Assembly (NCBI GenBank): GCA_965216395.1
Contig: OZ244156.1
Coordinates: forward strand, 1,201,679-1,265,678
Reading direction: 5' to 3'
Origin: Alphaproteobacteria bacterium
GTDB taxonomy: Bacteria > Pseudomonadota > Alphaproteobacteria > Micavibrionales > SZUA-601
DNA: 64,000 bases
Part shown: piece by piece, positions 60,911 through 64,000 of the stretch
Layout of the letters: every line of letters starts with the position of its first letter
Position numbering within the stretch: the first letter of the stretch is position 1
Made by a program: the position numbers and the translations under genes
Notes under the pieces: generated by a model
The model's input: the letters and a program-made list of their open reading frames with translations, nothing else
What the model was told of the DNA's origin: nothing
Database searches by the model: none

Positions 60911-61777
60911 TTACTTAGATCGATTAACCGCAAAGTCCGCTAATTCTATTAGTATCTTAACTTTTTCCTCTGGAAAATCAGATAGGTACTCTATTGCTAA
61001 CTTCCCTAATGTTTTATTTTCTTCTATAGCTTTATTAATGTCGCCAAATAAATTTGGATAAGTAAGCTTGGTTTCATCAACACCTTCACCAGCAGGTTTT
61101 CCTATATCTTCAGAAGTTTTTATTTGACTTAAAATATCATCACGAGCCTGAAAAGCTAATCCAGCATAATATCCATAGTTAAGAAGTTTCTCCATTTCTT
61201 CACCTTTAATTTTTGCTGCAATACATCCTCCTAGTATGCTCATTTGAATTAGAGAGCTTGTTTTACCTGCGTGAATGAATTGTAAGTTTTCAAGCGTATA
61301 TTTTTCTTTGTCCCAGTTTTCAGATTCAAGATCAGCAGCCTGACCCTTATGTAGCTGTGAGTTTAACTCACTGAATGTTGGTGATTGTTCTGGGTATTTG
61401 TGAAATGAGGCTGCCCCTAATTCAAATAACCTATTTGCGGCAAGGATAGCAGTGTTGAAGCCAAATTTAGTATGGCACGTTGGATTTCCCCTTCTTATTT
61501 TGTCGTTATCTTGAATGTCATCAATAATCAAAGTATAGGTGTGAATTAACTCAACAGATTTTGCAAGCTCCCAACCTAAAGACTCATCTCCTCCAAATGA
61601 TTTTGTTATAGCCACAACAATGCTAGATCTTATTCTTTTTCCTCCATCACCCAGATTTATCATATAATTCATAGCCTCTGATGTTTTTTCAAGATCGTTT
61701 AGATTATCTAGAAAAAGATCAGAAAACTCTTCGTTTATAGTTTGTTTCACTTCTTTAATAAATTGATTTAGTTTCAT
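60911..61777 (-). CDS. Polyprenyl diphosphate synthase (IspA/GGPPS-like)
   Basis: GGKRIR, ELIH, IDDIQDNDKIRRG (FARM), GQAAD, KT, FQARDDIL (SARM), GK, KLTYP. Confidence 0.9.
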   Translation of the reverse strand: MKLNQFIKEVKQTINEEFSDLFLDNLNDLEKTSEAMNYMINLGDGGKRIRSSIVVAITKSFGGDESLGWELAKSVELIHTYTLIIDDIQDNDKIRRGNPTCHTKFGFNTAILAANRLFELGAASFHKYPEQSPTFSELNSQLHKGQAADLESENWDKEKYTLENLQFIHAGKTSSLIQMSILGGCIAAKIKGEEMEKLLNYGYYAGLAFQARDDILSQIKTSEDIGKPAGEGVDETKLTYPNLFGDINKAIEENKTLGKLAIEYLSDFPEEKVKILIELADFAVNRSK

Positions 61778-61856
61778 TCTTTTTTTTCATAGTATTTCAA
61801 AATTGGGGTTAAATTTAAACTTATTCTTTTAACTAATATCTTATAATTTTTACAAA

Positions 61857-63605
61857 CTACATTTCTTCTACGATAGGAATTTTTAATAAATTTAAAGCGG
61901 ATTTAATATAAATGGCTGTTAAATCTGTTAAGGAAATGCGTGCTTTTTTAACCGCTTCATTTTCTTCAGAATTTACTTGTTTGTCTGAATAAAAACTATT
62001 AAAGGCTTTGCACAAATCATAAGTATAATTAGCAAAAATACTGGGCTTTTTCTTTATCAAAGCTTCATAGGCTATCTCTTTAAATTTCGCCATAATATAT
62101 AAAAGATTTCGTTCACTTTGCCCTTCTAAAAGTGCCCAATTAACGGTTTTATCATTATAATTAACTTGTACAGTTTTCTTCAATAATGACTGTGTCCGCG
62201 TATAGGCATATTGCAGATATGGCCCTGTATTCCCTTCGGTTTTTAACCATGAATCCATGTCAAAAATAATTTTATTATCGGGATCCACCTTAATCATGCC
62301 ATAACGAATGGCGGCCACAGAGATTTTTCGCGCTAAATTATCTAAATCTGTGATATTATTATTTTTTCGCGTTAAAATATTTTCTCGACAAAGATTTTCC
62401 ATTTTTTCAATAAGCTCAAAAATAGGAATAATATTTCCCTTACGCGACGCCATAGGACCATTCACCGTTTCAACCAATTCATAGGCCAAGTGGTAACATT
62501 TTTCAGCTTCAGAAAACCCGAGTTTTAAAAGGGTGGCAAAAACTTGTTCAAAATGGTAACTCTGGCGATTATCAACAACATAGATATATTCATCAGCTTG
62601 GTATTTTTGAAAACGTGTTTCCGCCAACGCAATATCTTTTGTTGAGTAAAGCCCACGACCATCACTTTTAATAAGCATAAAAAAACCTAGATTAAGATCA
62701 TTAAGATCCATACCAATGGCGCCATCAGATTTTATTAAAAGACCTTTCTCGTAAAATTTTTCAACAATCTTGAAAGAATCTTCAGACACTTCAGATTCAC
62801 TCGTCCAGTGATCAAAATCAGCACCAAGCCAATCATACATCTTACGAAATAGATCAAAAGACCATTCTCTGGTCTTCAGCCAAAGTTGATAAGGTTCACC
62901 CTCTTTATTTTCAATGGATTGTAAAATTTCAGAGATTTCAGTTTTATATTCAGCTTCCTTATCTGTATCTTCAACTGATTTCAAAAATGTGTTTGCTTGG
63001 CTATACGCTTTGCCAAGCCATGCTCCCAGATTTTCACCCTCTTGGGGTTCTATATTTTCTTTGCGTATATACCAAAGACATTTGGCCACATGAGCGCCTT
63101 CATCACCGTGATAATTTTCAGTGATCACATCATAGTCAAAGAAATGATACATATGACACAAAACATCCCCTAAAACAGTGTTTCTTGTATGACCAATATG
63201 AAGTTCTTTGTGCGTATTGGGTTGCGAATGTTCAATAAGAATTCTTTTTTTATCTGGGTTAATAACAGGTTTAACATGCTTATTTTCAGTTTCAATTTCA
63301 TCAATCAAACCTTTAGCCAAAACACTATTATCAACTGTAATATTAACAAAACCACCTTCAGCGACTGCAGAATATATCGCTTTAATTTCTGATAATTGTT
63401 CCGATAAATCGATCGCAATTTGAGCAGGATTTTTTTTAAGTGTCTTTGCGTATCGAAATGTTTTAAAAGAAACTTGCCCCTTTTCCGGAAAAGAACAATG
63501 TTCAATATTATCAAGAACATTCGAAAACTCTTCTTCTATACCTATTAGATTAAGAGGCTCTATCAAAGAATGAGCAACAATATTTTTTGCACAATTATAA
63601 TTCAT
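61857..63605 (-). CDS. argS: Arginine--tRNA ligase (non-alphaproteobacterial type)
   Basis: EHSQPNTHKELHIGH, LIKSDG..YSTKD, YVVD.RQ..HF, MASRKG, GNTGPYLQYAYTR, IVEEM end. Confidence 0.93.
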   Translation of the reverse strand: MNYNCAKNIVAHSLIEPLNLIGIEEEFSNVLDNIEHCSFPEKGQVSFKTFRYAKTLKKNPAQIAIDLSEQLSEIKAIYSAVAEGGFVNITVDNSVLAKGLIDEIETENKHVKPVINPDKKRILIEHSQPNTHKELHIGHTRNTVLGDVLCHMYHFFDYDVITENYHGDEGAHVAKCLWYIRKENIEPQEGENLGAWLGKAYSQANTFLKSVEDTDKEAEYKTEISEILQSIENKEGEPYQLWLKTREWSFDLFRKMYDWLGADFDHWTSESEVSEDSFKIVEKFYEKGLLIKSDGAIGMDLNDLNLGFFMLIKSDGRGLYSTKDIALAETRFQKYQADEYIYVVDNRQSYHFEQVFATLLKLGFSEAEKCYHLAYELVETVNGPMASRKGNIIPIFELIEKMENLCRENILTRKNNNITDLDNLARKISVAAIRYGMIKVDPDNKIIFDMDSWLKTEGNTGPYLQYAYTRTQSLLKKTVQVNYNDKTVNWALLEGQSERNLLYIMAKFKEIAYEALIKKKPSIFANYTYDLCKAFNSFYSDKQVNSEENEAVKKARISLTDLTAIYIKSALNLLKIPIVEEM

Positions 63606-63671
63606 TTTGTTTATTTAAACCTGTTCAAAGTAAGAAAAATTTTAATTCACTATACGCTTTTATATCATAGC

Positions 63672-63998
63672 TCAATAGTTACGATACAGTATATTTTTTA
63701 ATACATTTTTACAATCTTCAGTGACTAAAATAAGGCTTGGAATAAAAAAGATTAAGAAAATACTGGCAAAAACGATACCACAAGCAAGGCTGACCGCCAT
63801 GGGAATAATGAATTGTGCTTGTAAACTTGTTTCTAACAAAATTGGGAGTAGACCGAGACTAGTTGTCAATGTTGTTAATAAAATGGGACGGAAACGTCTT
63901 CTCACGGCTTGAACACATGCATCATAAGCTGACATTCCTGTTATGTGCATGCGGTTATAATAATCTATAAGAACAACAGAGTCATTGATCACAACACC
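63672..63998 (-). CDS. RND efflux permease (AcrB family), C-terminal fragment; continues beyond window
   Basis: GVVINDSVVLIDY, RRFRPILLTTLTT, PMAVSLACG. Confidence 0.9.
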   Translation of the reverse strand, partial: GVVINDSVVLIDYYNRMHITGMSAYDACVQAVRRRFRPILLTTLTTSLGLLPILLETSLQAQFIIPMAVSLACGIVFASIFLIFFIPSLILVTEDCKNVLKNILYRNY

Positions 63999-64000
63999 CG

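Noticed and set aside
61587-61595. TCTCCTCCA matching the tRNA-Ser 3' end (possible attR)
   Set aside because: Only 9 bp and inside the prenyl synthase coding sequence; expected by chance, and no integrase is present

Overview
Chromosomal window from an AT-rich alphaproteobacterium (Rhodospirillales/Micavibrio-like by gene content: gcrA, alpha-type 6S RNA, hemC-hemD-mic60-hemY, ruv-tol-pal-tilS-ftsH). Most of it is housekeeping: degP end, miaA, yggS, tsaD, gpsA, hem genes, trxA, sua5, tkt, gap, zapA, ssrS, ruvCAB, tol-pal, tilS, ftsH, tRNA-Ser and argS. Four accessory elements stand out. (1) A LapA-like type I secretion adhesin locus at 21.1-34.7 kb: a 1848-aa adhesin with a TAAG di-alanine site, TolC, LapG-type protease, OmpA, HlyD and ABC ATPase. 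It has no lapD in the window but has a divergent RHH-PAS regulator. (2) The conserved ymdB-yebC-ruvCAB-ybgC-tol superoperon is interrupted at four places by cargo genes. The largest is a five-gene insert (XRE regulator, YhhQ/VUT queuosine-precursor transporter, two histidine phosphatases, NadR-like P-loop kinase), which is my best candidate for an undescribed salvage system. (3) A Cle-like c-di-GMP-motif response regulator paired with a His-less Hpt-like protein. (4) Apparently foreign or degenerate enzymes: E. coli-type GapA, non-alpha ArgRS, a polyprenyl synthase after tRNA-Ser, a ThiD with an eroded active site, and an NDUFAF5-like methyltransferase lacking motif I. I saw no CRISPR array, rRNA, integrase or IS element. 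All family calls are by-eye motif recognition, not database searches.
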